NCBI GenBank assembly: GCA_963775855.1
Contig: CAVZKO010000007.1
Location: 15,939-79,938, forward strand
Reading direction: 5' to 3'
Source: an uncultured Chloroflexia bacterium
GTDB taxonomy: Bacteria > Chloroflexota > Limnocylindria > Limnocylindrales > CSP1-4
DNA length: 64,000 nt
The notes beneath the pieces were generated by a model. The model had not been told where the DNA came from. It did no database searches and saw only the letters and a program-made list of their open reading frames with translations. Below, piece after piece: positions 20,888 to 30,363 of this stretch. The position numbers were made by a program, and so were the translations under genes. Within the stretch, counting starts at the first letter, position 1; each line of letters begins with the position of its first letter.

Positions 20888-21785
20888 ATGACCGCCCAGC
20901 CACGTCGCGTCGACGTCATCGGCGTCCCGTTCAACTCCTCTGGGACGACTGACGGCGTCGCGCGGGCCCCGGCCGCGCTTCGTCGCGCAGGTCTCGTTGA
21001 GGGACTCCGCGACGCGGGCGTCGACGCCGTCGACTCGGGCGACATCCAGCTCGGGCCGACCAGCCCCCGACGCGATCCCACGACTCACCTGATCGCCCCG
21101 ACGGCGCTCGCGGCGATGATCCGCGCGGTTCGCGCCCGGGTCTCGGCGAGCATTCGAGCCGGCGCATTTCCGCTGGTGATCGGCGGCGACTGTCCCGTGC
21201 TGCTGGGCTGCCTCGGCGGCCGGCAGGCGACGTCGCCATGGGCGTCCTGTTCATCGACGGTCACGAGGACGCATGGCCGCCCGAGCTGTCGACGACGGGC
21301 GAGGCGGCCGACATGGAGCTCGGGTTCGCCCTAGGCGTAACCGTAGCCAGGTCTGCCGGACGACCTGTTGGCGGAGATCCCTCACGTCAGCGCTGACGCC
21401 GTCGTGGTTCTCGGTCCGCGCGACGAGCGCGAACTCGCCGAAGCGGGTGTCCCATCGATCGCTGAAGTCGTCAGGATCGTGCGCCCGGACCAGCTCGCGG
21501 CGTATCCCGAGGACGTCGCGTCGGCCGCTGTCGCATTGCTCGGCCCGGCGAGGCTGGTGGCTTCATGTCGATCTCGATGTGCTCTCCACGGACAGCCTCG
21601 ACGCGGTCGACTACCGCCAGCCGGGCGGCATCGACTGGGATGTACTGACCCGGCTCACGAGAACGGCGCTCGCGGTTCCGGGCGCGACGGGATGGGACGT
21701 CACGATCTTCAACCCGGACCTCGATCCGGACGGAACGCGTGCCCAGAGCATCGTGCGCTACCTGGCGGACGCGCTCCGGCGTTGA
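20888..21785 (+). CDS. Arginase / ureohydrolase family protein; about 3 frameshifts
   Basis: IGVP..G...AP..LR, GGDC, FIDGHED and HVDLDVL metal-binding motifs across frames. Confidence 0.85.
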
Positions 21786-21811
21786 GCGGCTACCCAGCGA
21801 TCGGGCGACGG

Positions 21812-22990
21812 TTACGCCGCCTCCGGGTGGCCGACGGCGAGCATGTAGACCACCGCCTCCTCGACCCCGTCGACACCGATCATCTCGTTCATGGCGTCGT
21901 CCATGAAGGCGCCGATGCCACACGCACCGAGGCCCATCTCCGTCGCCGCAAGGTAGGCGTTCTCGCCGACATGCCCAGCCTCGAGCAGGCCGTAGCGATA
22001 GCTCCGGTCCTGGTATTTCGGGCGCATCCGCTGGAGGATCATCGTGACGAAGAGGACCGCTCCGCACTGGCCGAGGAACTCCTGGCCCAATCCCTGCTCG
22101 ACGACACGATTCCGCATGTCCTCTGCCCGAACGAGCTCGAGGGCGTGTTCGCGGTAGGCGTAGTGGTAGACGCCCGGTTCGATACCGTCGACGTTGTGGA
22201 CGATCGGATAGACCTCGATCGGATAGAGGGCGCCGGAGGACGGCGCCGTCCGGCGGGCGTTGCCGAACGCGTCGGAGCTGACCCCGCTGGTCAGGAACAT
22301 GAAGCGAGACAGTTCGTCGAGGCTCATCGGCTGGGTCGAGTACGACCGTGTCGAACGGCGGGTCGCGATGGCCCAGGCGGCTGGTAAGCCACCTTCGAGA
22401 CCCGGCTCCGGAAGGGCGATGCTGCTGGTGTCGGGGTAAGCCTTGTACAGCTCGACCGGCTGGCCCCAGCTGGCAACGCTGCCGAGGGCGTCGATGACGC
22501 CGGGCTTGCTCCATTGGTGGTAGATCACGCCGACATCGGAGCCGGCCGCGATCGGCGGCGGCTGTCTCAGGCCGCGGCCGAGGAGCCAACCGCCGACGCC
22601 GCCGACGGCAAGCCCGAGGAGGCCGCGTCGCGAGAGGGTCGCGCGCGTCAGCAGCCCGACAGGCGCACCCGGCTCAGGGTCATCGGCGGGGCGTTGGGGC
22701 CCCGGTGCGATGGCAGCAGTCGCTGGCCTCGCGGGGCTCGCCGGCCCGCTCGACGCGAAGCGAGCGGCCACGCCGCGCAGCCTGAACTTCGCGTAGCCGA
22801 CCATTCGGCCCCAGTTGAGCGTCACGTGGAGGATGGCGAACCCGCCCATCACGTAACCCGACACCGTGTGATACCAGAAGTCGTTGAGGTCCCACAGGTC
22901 GGCCACGATCCCGGTGATGCCGGTGGTCAGCCCGGTCAGGATCAGGCCGGCGCTCGAGACGAAGTTGAGGTCGTGCCGTAGTCGCGTCAT
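21812..22990 (-). CDS. SagB/ThcOx-family FMN nitroreductase with N-terminal DUF4405-like membrane domain and internal twin-arginine motif
   Basis: RRSTRSY, RTAPSSGALYPIEVY, KYQDRSYRYGLLEAGHVGENAYL, IGAFMDD; N-terminal 2 TM with H-x13-H; LSRRGLL plus hydrophobic helix. Confidence 0.88.
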   Translation of the reverse strand: MTRLRHDLNFVSSAGLILTGLTTGITGIVADLWDLNDFWYHTVSGYVMGGFAILHVTLNWGRMVGYAKFRLRGVAARFASSGPASPARPATAAIAPGPQRPADDPEPGAPVGLLTRATLSRRGLLGLAVGGVGGWLLGRGLRQPPPIAAGSDVGVIYHQWSKPGVIDALGSVASWGQPVELYKAYPDTSSIALPEPGLEGGLPAAWAIATRRSTRSYSTQPMSLDELSRFMFLTSGVSSDAFGNARRTAPSSGALYPIEVYPIVHNVDGIEPGVYHYAYREHALELVRAEDMRNRVVEQGLGQEFLGQCGAVLFVTMILQRMRPKYQDRSYRYGLLEAGHVGENAYLAATEMGLGACGIGAFMDDAMNEMIGVDGVEEAVVYMLAVGHPEAA

Positions 22991-23131
22991 GGCCGTCCAC
23001 CCGCATCGCGATGCGGAGACGCCGCGACCCTTCACCGCGGGCCGTCGCGCGTCCCGCACTCGAAAGTCTAGACCCGATTCGGCGACGGCTACTACGCGTG
23101 CAGTCAGCCGCCTGCCCGATCGGGGACGTCT

Positions 23132-23437
23132 TCAGCGGGATCGGCGCTGCTCGCGCGACATCTCGTCCCGAATCTTCCGCTCCTGCCACTCCACTCCCAG
23201 GAATCGGCCGGAACCCATCACATACACGCCATGCGCAACGAGGCCGATGCCCCAGCCGAAGACCGTATAGATGAACCAGAGGCGGTCCGGACTCAACGCA
23301 ATGTTGTATGCCGCGAGGCCGATGTTGACCAGGACGAACACGAGCGCGTGGCCGTAGAAGCCGCGCACGAGCTCTACTCGTTGCTTCGCCCGCTCGTAGC
23401 GCTCCTGCTCCGGCGTGATTTCCTTCATCTGGGTCAT
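23132..23437 (-). CDS. 2TM domain protein
   Basis: YERAKQRV...GFYGHALVFVLVN...WF...GWGIGLVAH...WQERKIRDEM matches the 2TM family pattern. Confidence 0.85.
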   Translation of the reverse strand: MTQMKEITPEQERYERAKQRVELVRGFYGHALVFVLVNIGLAAYNIALSPDRLWFIYTVFGWGIGLVAHGVYVMGSGRFLGVEWQERKIRDEMSREQRRSR

Positions 23438-23456
23438 GGCCAAGGTCCTCCGAGGT

Positions 23457-23511
23457 ATGTCAACAGCGTTTACATCGAGAGCATGGCAGACGAAGTGAAC
23501 GATGTCAACAT
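23457..23511. promoter_or_regulatory. Two imperfect palindromic TetR operators between the divergent 2TM and tetR genes
   Basis: ATGTCAACAGCGTTTACAT (23457-23475) and AAGTGAACGATGTCAACAT (23493-23511); TACAAT -10 at 23519. Confidence 0.65.
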
Positions 23512-23531
23512 ACTCGGCTACAATGGCCGCC

Positions 23532-24137
23532 ATGGCTCGTTCGACCTACCACCACGGCGATCTCCGGCGGGCGCTCCTGACCGAAGCCCGCGAGCTCGCC
23601 CGCTCCGAGGGGCCAGACGCCGTCACCCTGCGCGAGGTCGCCCGCCGCCTCGACGTGTCGCCGGCGGCAATCTATCGCCACTTTCCTGACCGTGACGCCC
23701 TTCTCGGCGAAGTTGCCGCGAGTGCCCGCCTGGCCCTCGCCCGGCGCATGCTCGTCGAGGTCGAGCGCGTGGATGAGCGCGACGTGCGTATCCGGGCAAT
23801 CCGACGATTCCAGGCGATCGGGCGAGGCTACATCCGGTTCGCCGAAGAGGAGCCACATCTCCTCGTCACGGCATTCCTGCCGATCCAGCCGCAAGAGGCC
23901 GGTCCCGAGGACCCGAATCCGTGGCACGTGCTTGCCGCGGCGCTGGACGAGCTCGTCGTGACGGGGGCGATGCCGCCCGAGCGACGTGCCGCTGCCGAGA
24001 TCATCGCCTGGTCGGCTGTCCACGGCTTCGCGACGCTTCGAGCGGGTCGCGCCTTCGACGTCTCGAGCGAGCCCGAACCAGACTCGGAGGCGCTCCTGGA
24101 CGCGATCGCCCGATCCCTCGAGGTCCGCGCGATCTGA
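23532..24137 (+). CDS. TetR/AcrR family regulator (WHG C-terminal domain)
   Basis: YHHGDLRRALL, TLREVARRLDVSPAAIYRHF, WSAVHGFA. Confidence 0.92.
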   Translation: MARSTYHHGDLRRALLTEARELARSEGPDAVTLREVARRLDVSPAAIYRHFPDRDALLGEVAASARLALARRMLVEVERVDERDVRIRAIRRFQAIGRGYIRFAEEEPHLLVTAFLPIQPQEAGPEDPNPWHVLAAALDELVVTGAMPPERRAAAEIIAWSAVHGFATLRAGRAFDVSSEPEPDSEALLDAIARSLEVRAI

Positions 24138-24165
24138 TTCGAACGTGGGGAATGTGCCGCCGGAC

Positions 24166-24195
24166 CGATGAGTTTCGCGGCGGCGCCGGGTCTAA
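24166..24195 (+). promoter_or_regulatory. Putative ECF56/SigG-type promoter of the MFS-oxidoreductase operon
   Basis: CGATGAGTTTC-N13-GTCTAA, 37 nt before ATG 24233. Confidence 0.78.
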
Positions 24196-24232
24196 CCAGA
24201 CGACCCCACAAACGACACCAGGAGCGACTGCA

Positions 24233-25873
24233 ATGACCACCAGTGGCACCCCCCGGGCCGGCCGGCGCGAGTGGATCGGGCTTGCTGTCCTATCGCTCGC
24301 GTGCCTGCTCTACGTGATGGACCTGACGGTCCTGCATCTGGCGGTGCCGGCGATCAGCGAGGACCTCAAGCCGAGCAGCGCCCAGCTGCTCTGGATCATC
24401 GACATCTACGGCTTCATGGTCGCGGGATTCCTCATCACGATGGGCACGCTCGGGGACCGCATCGGCCGCCGCAAGCTACTGCTCATCGGGGCAGCCGCGT
24501 TCGGTATCGTCTCGATCCTGGCCGCGTTCTCGACCACCCCGGAGATGCTGATTCTCAGCCGTGCGCTGCTGGGGATCGCCGGGGCGACCCTGGCCCCGTC
24601 GACGTTGTCGCTGATCTTCAGCATGTTCCAGGATCCGCGCCAGCGGGCCGTGGCCATCGGCGTGTGGATCTCCGCGTTCTCCGCCGGTAGTGCCATCGGG
24701 CCGGTGCTCGGGGGGATCCTGCTCGAGAACTTCTGGTGGGGGTCGGTGTTCCTGCTCGCCCTGCCGGTGATGGGCCTGCTCCTCGTCCTCGGCCCGATCG
24801 TCCTCCCTGAATACCGGGATCCCGACGCCGGCCGGCTCGACCTCGCCAGCGCGGCGATGTCCCTCGTGGCCGTGCTGGCGGTGATCTTCGGGCTCAAGCA
24901 GATCGCCCAGGACGGCATCGGTGGGGTGGCCATGGCGTCGATCGTCGCAGGCGTCGTCGTAGCGGGCCTCTTCGTCCGTCGTCAGCTCAGCCTCGCCGAC
25001 CCGATGATCGACCTGCACCTCTTCCGGATCCCGGCGTTCAGCTCGTCGCTGGCGATCAACTTCCTGAGCATCTTCGTGATGGTCGGCTACTTCCTCTTCG
25101 TGGCCCAGTTCCTGCAGCTCGTCGTCGGCCTGTCGCCGCTCGAGGCCGGGCTCTGGTCGCTGCCGTCGGCCATCGCGTTCGTCGTCGCGTCCAATGCTGC
25201 CCCGCGGATCGTCCGCCGCTTCCCGGCGGCCTACGTCATCGGCGCGGGACTCGCCCTGTCCGCTCTCGGGCTCGGCGTGCTGACCCAGGTGGGCGGGCCG
25301 AGCGGCCTGGCGGCCGTGGTCGTCGGTTCGATCATCATTTCGCTCGGCCTCGCGCCGGTCTTCTCGTTGACGACCGACCTGATCGTCGGCTCCGCTCCGC
25401 CCGAGCGAGCCGGCGCTGCGTCGGGAATCTCGGAGACCGCTTCGGAGCTTGGCGGCGCGCTCGGGATCTCCGTGCTCGGCAGCATTGGTGTCGCCCTGTA
25501 CCGCACTCGTCTCGGTGAAGCCCTGCCTGCGGGCGTCCCGGCGGATGCAGTAGTTGTAGCCCGCGACACGCTGGGCGGTGCGGTTGCGGTGGCCGGCCAG
25601 CTGCCCGGCCAGCTCGGCTCGGACGTCCTGGTTGCGGCTCGCGACGCGTTCGTCCAGGGGATGCAGATCGTCACCACGATCAGTGCCATCGTCGCGGTGG
25701 GCGTGGCCATCTTCGCCGTCGTGATGCTGCGAAACGTTGGCTCAGGGGCCGACCGCGAGGCAGCCTCGGAAGCGGAGGCCGATGCGTCGCGAGAGAATAG
25801 CCACGCGCGCGAGCACGAGCATGCACCTCGCGAGGGGCGACCAACGGCAGCCCCGGTGACTGAAGCCTGCTGA
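24233..25873 (+). CDS. MFS efflux transporter (SmvA/QacA-like, 14 TM)
   Basis: MDLTVLHLAVPAISEDL, GTLGDRIGRRKLL, GAASGISETASELGGALG. Confidence 0.92.
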   Translation: MTTSGTPRAGRREWIGLAVLSLACLLYVMDLTVLHLAVPAISEDLKPSSAQLLWIIDIYGFMVAGFLITMGTLGDRIGRRKLLLIGAAAFGIVSILAAFSTTPEMLILSRALLGIAGATLAPSTLSLIFSMFQDPRQRAVAIGVWISAFSAGSAIGPVLGGILLENFWWGSVFLLALPVMGLLLVLGPIVLPEYRDPDAGRLDLASAAMSLVAVLAVIFGLKQIAQDGIGGVAMASIVAGVVVAGLFVRRQLSLADPMIDLHLFRIPAFSSSLAINFLSIFVMVGYFLFVAQFLQLVVGLSPLEAGLWSLPSAIAFVVASNAAPRIVRRFPAAYVIGAGLALSALGLGVLTQVGGPSGLAAVVVGSIIISLGLAPVFSLTTDLIVGSAPPERAGAASGISETASELGGALGISVLGSIGVALYRTRLGEALPAGVPADAVVVARDTLGGAVAVAGQLPGQLGSDVLVAARDAFVQGMQIVTTISAIVAVGVAIFAVVMLRNVGSGADREAASEAEADASRENSHAREHEHAPREGRPTAAPVTEAC

Positions 25874-25909
25874 CCCACAACCCCTTCCACGCAGATGCAG
25901 GAGGCCCTC

Positions 25910-27283
25910 GTGCAAACCTCGACGATTTCGATCCCCGACATCCGCGCCTCGATCAACGGCCAGGTGATCGGACCTGACGATCCCGAGTACGACAAGGCGC
26001 GGACCGTGGTCGCAGGCGGGATCGACCGCCGGCCGGCCGTGATCGTCAAGGTCGCAGACGCCGCCGATGTTGCGACCGTTATTGCGCTCGCGCGCGAGAG
26101 CGGTCTCGAGCTCGCGATCCGCAGCGGCGGCCACAGCGGCGCGGGCCACTGCGTCACCGAGGGCGGGATCGTTCTCGACCTGTCCGACATGAAGGCGCTC
26201 GATATCGACGTCGCCGGGCGGACGGCATGGGCCGAAACCGGCCTGACGGCGGCCGAGTACTCCAAGGCTGCCGCTGCTCATGACCTGGCCACCGGGTTCG
26301 GCGATACGGGTTCCGTCGGAATCGGCGGGATCACGCTTGGCGGCGGTGTCGGCTACCTCGTCCGGAAGTTCGGGCTGACAATCGACGCCCTCATCGCCGC
26401 CGACATCGTCACCGCCGATGGAGAGCTGCTCCGCGTCGACGCGGCGAATCACCCCGACCTCTTCTGGGCGATCCGCGGCGGCGGCGGCAACTTCGGCGTT
26501 GTGACCCGGTTCCAGTACCGGCTCAACGAGGTGCCGGAGTTCGTCGGTGGGATGCTCATCCTGCCGGCGACCGCCGACGTCATCGCAGGGTTCATCGCGG
26601 CGGCCGACGCCGCGCCCGAAGCGCTGTCGACGATTGCCAACGTCATGCCCTGCCCGCCGATGCCCTTCGTTCCCGAGGAGCTGCACGGCAAGCTAGTGAT
26701 CCTCGCGCTGATGGCCTATGCCGGCGACACCGCGGCCGGGGAGCGCGCCCTGGCGCCCTTCAGAGACCTGGCGCCGCCGATTGCCGACATGCTCAAGCCG
26801 ATGCCCTACCCGGAGATCTATCCGCCGGACGACGACTCGTACCATCCATTGGCCATCGCCAGGACGATGTTCGTCGACAGGATCGATCTGCCGGTTGCAG
26901 AAACGATCGTGAAGCATCTCGAGGCGTCCGACGCGGCGATGCGCGTCGCACAGCTTCGGGTGCTGGGCGGGGCGATGGCCCGCGTGCCCGCAGACGCCAC
27001 GGCCTTCGCCCATCGTGACTCGCGAATCATGGTCAATGTCGCCTCGTTCTACGAGGGGCCCGAGGACAAGGACCTGCGGGCGGCCTGGGTCGAAGGGTTC
27101 GCGGCGGCGCTCCAGCAGGATGACCGCGGCGCCTACGTCAACTTCCTCGTCGACGAGGGCGAGGAACGGATCCGCGCCGCGTACCCCGGTTCGACCTGGG
27201 ACCGGCTCGCAGAGGTCAAAGCTCGCTACGACCCGACCAATCTGTTCCGGCTCAACCAGAACATTCCACCGCGGGCCTCGTGA
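25910..27283 (+). CDS. FAD-linked oxidoreductase (VAO / berberine bridge enzyme family)
   Basis: RSGGHS covalent-FAD motif, GGGVGYL, DLFWAIRGGGGNFGVVT, YVNF...KARYDPTNLFRLNQNI. Confidence 0.92.
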   Translation: MQTSTISIPDIRASINGQVIGPDDPEYDKARTVVAGGIDRRPAVIVKVADAADVATVIALARESGLELAIRSGGHSGAGHCVTEGGIVLDLSDMKALDIDVAGRTAWAETGLTAAEYSKAAAAHDLATGFGDTGSVGIGGITLGGGVGYLVRKFGLTIDALIAADIVTADGELLRVDAANHPDLFWAIRGGGGNFGVVTRFQYRLNEVPEFVGGMLILPATADVIAGFIAAADAAPEALSTIANVMPCPPMPFVPEELHGKLVILALMAYAGDTAAGERALAPFRDLAPPIADMLKPMPYPEIYPPDDDSYHPLAIARTMFVDRIDLPVAETIVKHLEASDAAMRVAQLRVLGGAMARVPADATAFAHRDSRIMVNVASFYEGPEDKDLRAAWVEGFAAALQQDDRGAYVNFLVDEGEERIRAAYPGSTWDRLAEVKARYDPTNLFRLNQNIPPRAS

Positions 27284-27792
27284 TGAAGCAAAAGGAGCCG
27301 GCGGCCGAACTGGACGCGCGATTCAGCGACCCGGGCGTGGCCCCGACGCCCTGGCCGGAAGCGCGAGCGGTCTTGGAGCACGCGAAGGTCTACTGGCTCT
27401 CGACCGTGCGCCCGGACGGAAGACCGCACGTCACCCCGATCGCAGCTCTCTGGCTGGACGATGCGCTGTACTTCACGACCGGCCAGGCCGAACGGAAGGC
27501 GAAGAACCTCAAGGGCAATTCACAGGTCGTTGTCACGACGGGGTCCAATGCCTTGCAGGGCCTCGATGTCGTGGTGGAAGGCGAGGCGGTCCTCGTGACT
27601 AACGAAGCCAGGCTCCAGCGGCTGGCCGATGCCTACATCGCGAAATACGACGATCTCTTCGTATTCCAGGTCCGCGATGACGCGTTATGGATCGAGGGCA
27701 GCGAAGATCCTGGCCTTGCCTACGAACTGCGCCCAACCAAGGGCTTCGGCTTTGCGAAAGGCCCGTACAGCCAGACCCGCTGGCGCTTCTGA
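27283..27792 (+). CDS. Pyridoxamine 5'-phosphate oxidase-like (split-barrel flavin/F420) protein
   Basis: [28 protein letters not shown]; TGATG coupling to upstream gene. Confidence 0.88.
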   Translation: MKQKEPAAELDARFSDPGVAPTPWPEARAVLEHAKVYWLSTVRPDGRPHVTPIAALWLDDALYFTTGQAERKAKNLKGNSQVVVTTGSNALQGLDVVVEGEAVLVTNEARLQRLADAYIAKYDDLFVFQVRDDALWIEGSEDPGLAYELRPTKGFGFAKGPYSQTRWRF

Positions 27793-27890
27793 TTGCCCCC
27801 CTCCAGGGCTGTCCGGCCGACCGGGGTAAGATCGCTCTCCGCGCAGGGAATTGTCGCGCCGACGGCAGCGGCGGAGAGGAGCGACCCGGG

Positions 27891-28901
27891 ATGACTGACG
27901 TTGCGGCCGTGGACCGCGCCGCCGAGACCACGACTGACGGGACCGACGCGCTGGGCGCAAAGCTCGAGCAACATCGGGTCGAGCTGACCGCGTATTGCTA
28001 CCGGATGCTCGGATCCGCGTTCGAGGCCGAGGACGCCGTCCAGGACACGTTTGTGCGCGCGTGGCGGGCCTACGATCGATTCGAGGGCCGGGCGGCGCTG
28101 CGCTCATGGCTCTATCGCATCGCGACGAACGTCTGCTTCGACATGCTCAGTGGCCGTGAGCGGCGGGCTCGGCCCATGGATCTGGGCCCGGCGCTGACGG
28201 CCGACACGCCGCTCGGTGCGGCGCTCCCGGAGGTCACGTGGATCGAGCCGATCCCCGACGGCCGCGTGCTGCCGGTGGGCGGCGATCCCGCGGCCGTCGC
28301 CGAGCTGCGTGAGTCGGTCCGCCTCGCGTTCGTCGCGACGCTCCAGCACCTCCCCCCGCGCCAGCGCGCCGTCCTGATCCTGCGCGAGGTCCTGCAGTGG
28401 CAGGCCGCCGAGGTCGCGGAGCTCCTCGACACGACCGTCGCGTCAGTCAACAGTGCGCTCCAGCGGGCCCGCTCGACCCTGGGGTCCCGCGAGGCTGAGG
28501 CCACCGACGCAGCCGAATCGATGGCCGACGAGCAGCGCGCTCTCCTGAGCCGCTACGTCGATGCATTCGAGCGCTACGACATGGACTCGCTGACCTCGTT
28601 GCTCCAAGAGGACGCGACGTGGAACATGCCGCCGTACGAGCTCTGGCTGCAGACGCACGTCGACATCAGGAAGTGGTGCCTCGGGCCTGGCATCGGGTGT
28701 CGCGGCTCCCGTCTCATCCCAACCGTGGCGAACGGTTCGCCGGCCTTCGGCCAGTACAAGCCAAGCCCTGACGGGGGCCTGGAGCCCTGGTCTCTCCAGG
28801 TACTCGAACTGTCAGATGGCCGGATCAGCGGGATCACGTTCTTTCTCGACACGGCCGCGCTGTTCCCGCTCTTTGGTCTGCCGCCGCACCTTGAGGCCTG
28901 A
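27891..28901 (+). CDS. ECF sigma-70 factor with C-terminal SnoaL-like domain (ECF56 / SigG-like)
   Basis: [39 protein letters not shown] linker, [15 protein letters not shown], SnoaL MPP...[10 protein letters not shown]. Confidence 0.92.
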   Translation: MTDVAAVDRAAETTTDGTDALGAKLEQHRVELTAYCYRMLGSAFEAEDAVQDTFVRAWRAYDRFEGRAALRSWLYRIATNVCFDMLSGRERRARPMDLGPALTADTPLGAALPEVTWIEPIPDGRVLPVGGDPAAVAELRESVRLAFVATLQHLPPRQRAVLILREVLQWQAAEVAELLDTTVASVNSALQRARSTLGSREAEATDAAESMADEQRALLSRYVDAFERYDMDSLTSLLQEDATWNMPPYELWLQTHVDIRKWCLGPGIGCRGSRLIPTVANGSPAFGQYKPSPDGGLEPWSLQVLELSDGRISGITFFLDTAALFPLFGLPPHLEA

Positions 28902-29237
28902 TCGGCCGCTGACCGACATGACGCCGCTCAGACCCACGAAGACCAGCAGGTCGTTGAGCGCGGGTGAGGCGCGGCTGATCCGCATCTCGCGCCCCAACCG
29001 GCGGGTAGTCAGGTGGAGTCGTGCGAGGGCATCGACCGTGACGGCGTCCGGTGCGACGATCGCCCCGACGTCGCAGACGAGCTGGTCGGCGGCATCGTCC
29101 GCGAGCAGGACCCGCGCGCGTTCACAGAGCAGGGGGATGTCGGCGCGGTCGATCCGACCGCTCCTGCCGAGTTCGATCTTCGGGAATGTCGGATCCGCGG
29201 GCAAGGATGTCGGCGGCGGCTCGTCCGGCGCGGCCAA
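28812..29237 (-). CDS. STAS domain protein (putative anti-sigma / RsfG-like partner)
   Basis: [50 protein letters not shown]; convergent and overlapping the sigma 3' end. Confidence 0.8.
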   Translation of the reverse strand: MAAPDEPPPTSLPADPTFPKIELGRSGRIDRADIPLLCERARVLLADDAADQLVCDVGAIVAPDAVTVDALARLHLTTRRLGREMRISRASPALNDLLVFVGLSGVMSVSGRSGLKVRRQTKEREQRGRVEKERDPADPAI

Positions 29238-29316
29238 CGGCGGGGCTCCTTTCCTGGTCCGCGATGACGATCAAGCGCGGAGGCGCCGGCGAGCGAACTC
29301 GCCTGGCGCCACTTAC

Positions 29317-29346
29317 TTAGACCGCGGACCGGCCGGAAACTCATCG
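29317..29346 (-). promoter_or_regulatory. Putative ECF56/SigG-type promoter of the STAS gene
   Basis: Minus strand CGATGAGTTTC-N13-GTCTAA, identical in its conserved boxes to the 24166 copy. Confidence 0.78.
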
Positions 29347-29393
29347 GTGGGATCATGGGCACGTTGGACCGGCGAGAGGGAGGAAAACATCAC

Positions 29394-29879
29394 GTGGTGA
29401 CGAGCAATGCGACCAGCCCAGAAGAGATGATCGCGGCCCTCCCGCCGGACAGGCGCGAGGCCATCGCGAAAGTCCGCGAGGTGATCCAGGCGAATTTGCC
29501 GGCCGGCTACGAGGAGGGGATGCTGTTCGGGATGATCGGCTGGTACGTGCCGCTCGAGCGCTTCCCCGATACCTACAACAAGCAGCCGCTGGGACTCGCG
29601 GCGCTCGCCAACCAGAAGAACTACATGGCCCTCTATCTCAACAATGTGTATGGCGACCCGGAGACTGACCGCTGGTTCCGCGAGCGGTTCGCCGCCTCGG
29701 GCAAGAAGCTCGACATGGGCAAGTCGTGCGTGCGCTTCCGGAAGCTCGACGATCTGCCGCTCGATGTGATCGCCGAGACGATTGCCCGAACGCCGGTCGA
29801 CAGGTACATCGAGGGCTACGAGTCGGTTCGCGGCTCCTCTCGCAAGAACCGGTCTGAGGCTGCCGCCCAGGACGTATAA
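29394..29879 (+). CDS. DUF1801 (YdhG-like) domain protein
   Basis: LPAGYEEGMLFGMIGWYVP, LANQKNYMALY, LDMGKSCVRFRK. Confidence 0.87.
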   Translation: MVTSNATSPEEMIAALPPDRREAIAKVREVIQANLPAGYEEGMLFGMIGWYVPLERFPDTYNKQPLGLAALANQKNYMALYLNNVYGDPETDRWFRERFAASGKKLDMGKSCVRFRKLDDLPLDVIAETIARTPVDRYIEGYESVRGSSRKNRSEAAAQDV

Positions 29880-30319
29880 CGCGGCGGCCACTCGTCCGGC
29901 CCGTCCCTGATCCCGAGCAGCGCCGACTCGATCGAGAATTCGAACAGGTCGTACGTCTCATCCGGCTCGAACGACCACTCGGCCCCGACGGCGGACCGAA
30001 CCTCAGGGGCATCGATCAGTGCCGCCCGCCCGCGGACGGAGAACTCCCTGGGGACCGCCGGATCCTGGTGGGTATGCAAGGCGTATCGTCCGTCCGTCGC
30101 GAGGTCCCGCCGCTTCGGCGATGGGTTGATGAATGCGTACAGGCGATCGTCGACGATCCCGACCGAGATTGGATGGATCCGCGGGGGAGCACCATCCCGA
30201 ACCGTCGCGAGGAGTGCTGTGCCGCCTTCGCCGCGGTAGATGAGCCGCCGGCCCTCGGCCGCCATGTCCGGGGCGGCGTCACTGAACTCGGCCCAGGTCA
30301 CCATCGATCCCTTCGCCAT
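29816..30319 (-). CDS. Pyridoxamine 5'-phosphate oxidase-like protein
   Basis: TWAEFSDAAPDMA, LLATVRDGAPPRIHPI, SPKRRDL.TDGRYALH. Confidence 0.82.
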   Translation of the reverse strand: MAKGSMVTWAEFSDAAPDMAAEGRRLIYRGEGGTALLATVRDGAPPRIHPISVGIVDDRLYAFINPSPKRRDLATDGRYALHTHQDPAVPREFSVRGRAALIDAPEVRSAVGAEWSFEPDETYDLFEFSIESALLGIRDGPDEWPPRYTSWAAASDRFLREEPRTDS

Positions 30320-30363
30320 GCTGCGACCTCCGTTGCATCCGCGGTTGTCCATTAGGTGGCTTG

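Noticed and set aside
21812-22990. Thiazole/oxazole RiPP biosynthetic cluster
   Set aside because: No YcaO cyclodehydratase, E1-like protein or Cys/Ser-rich precursor nearby
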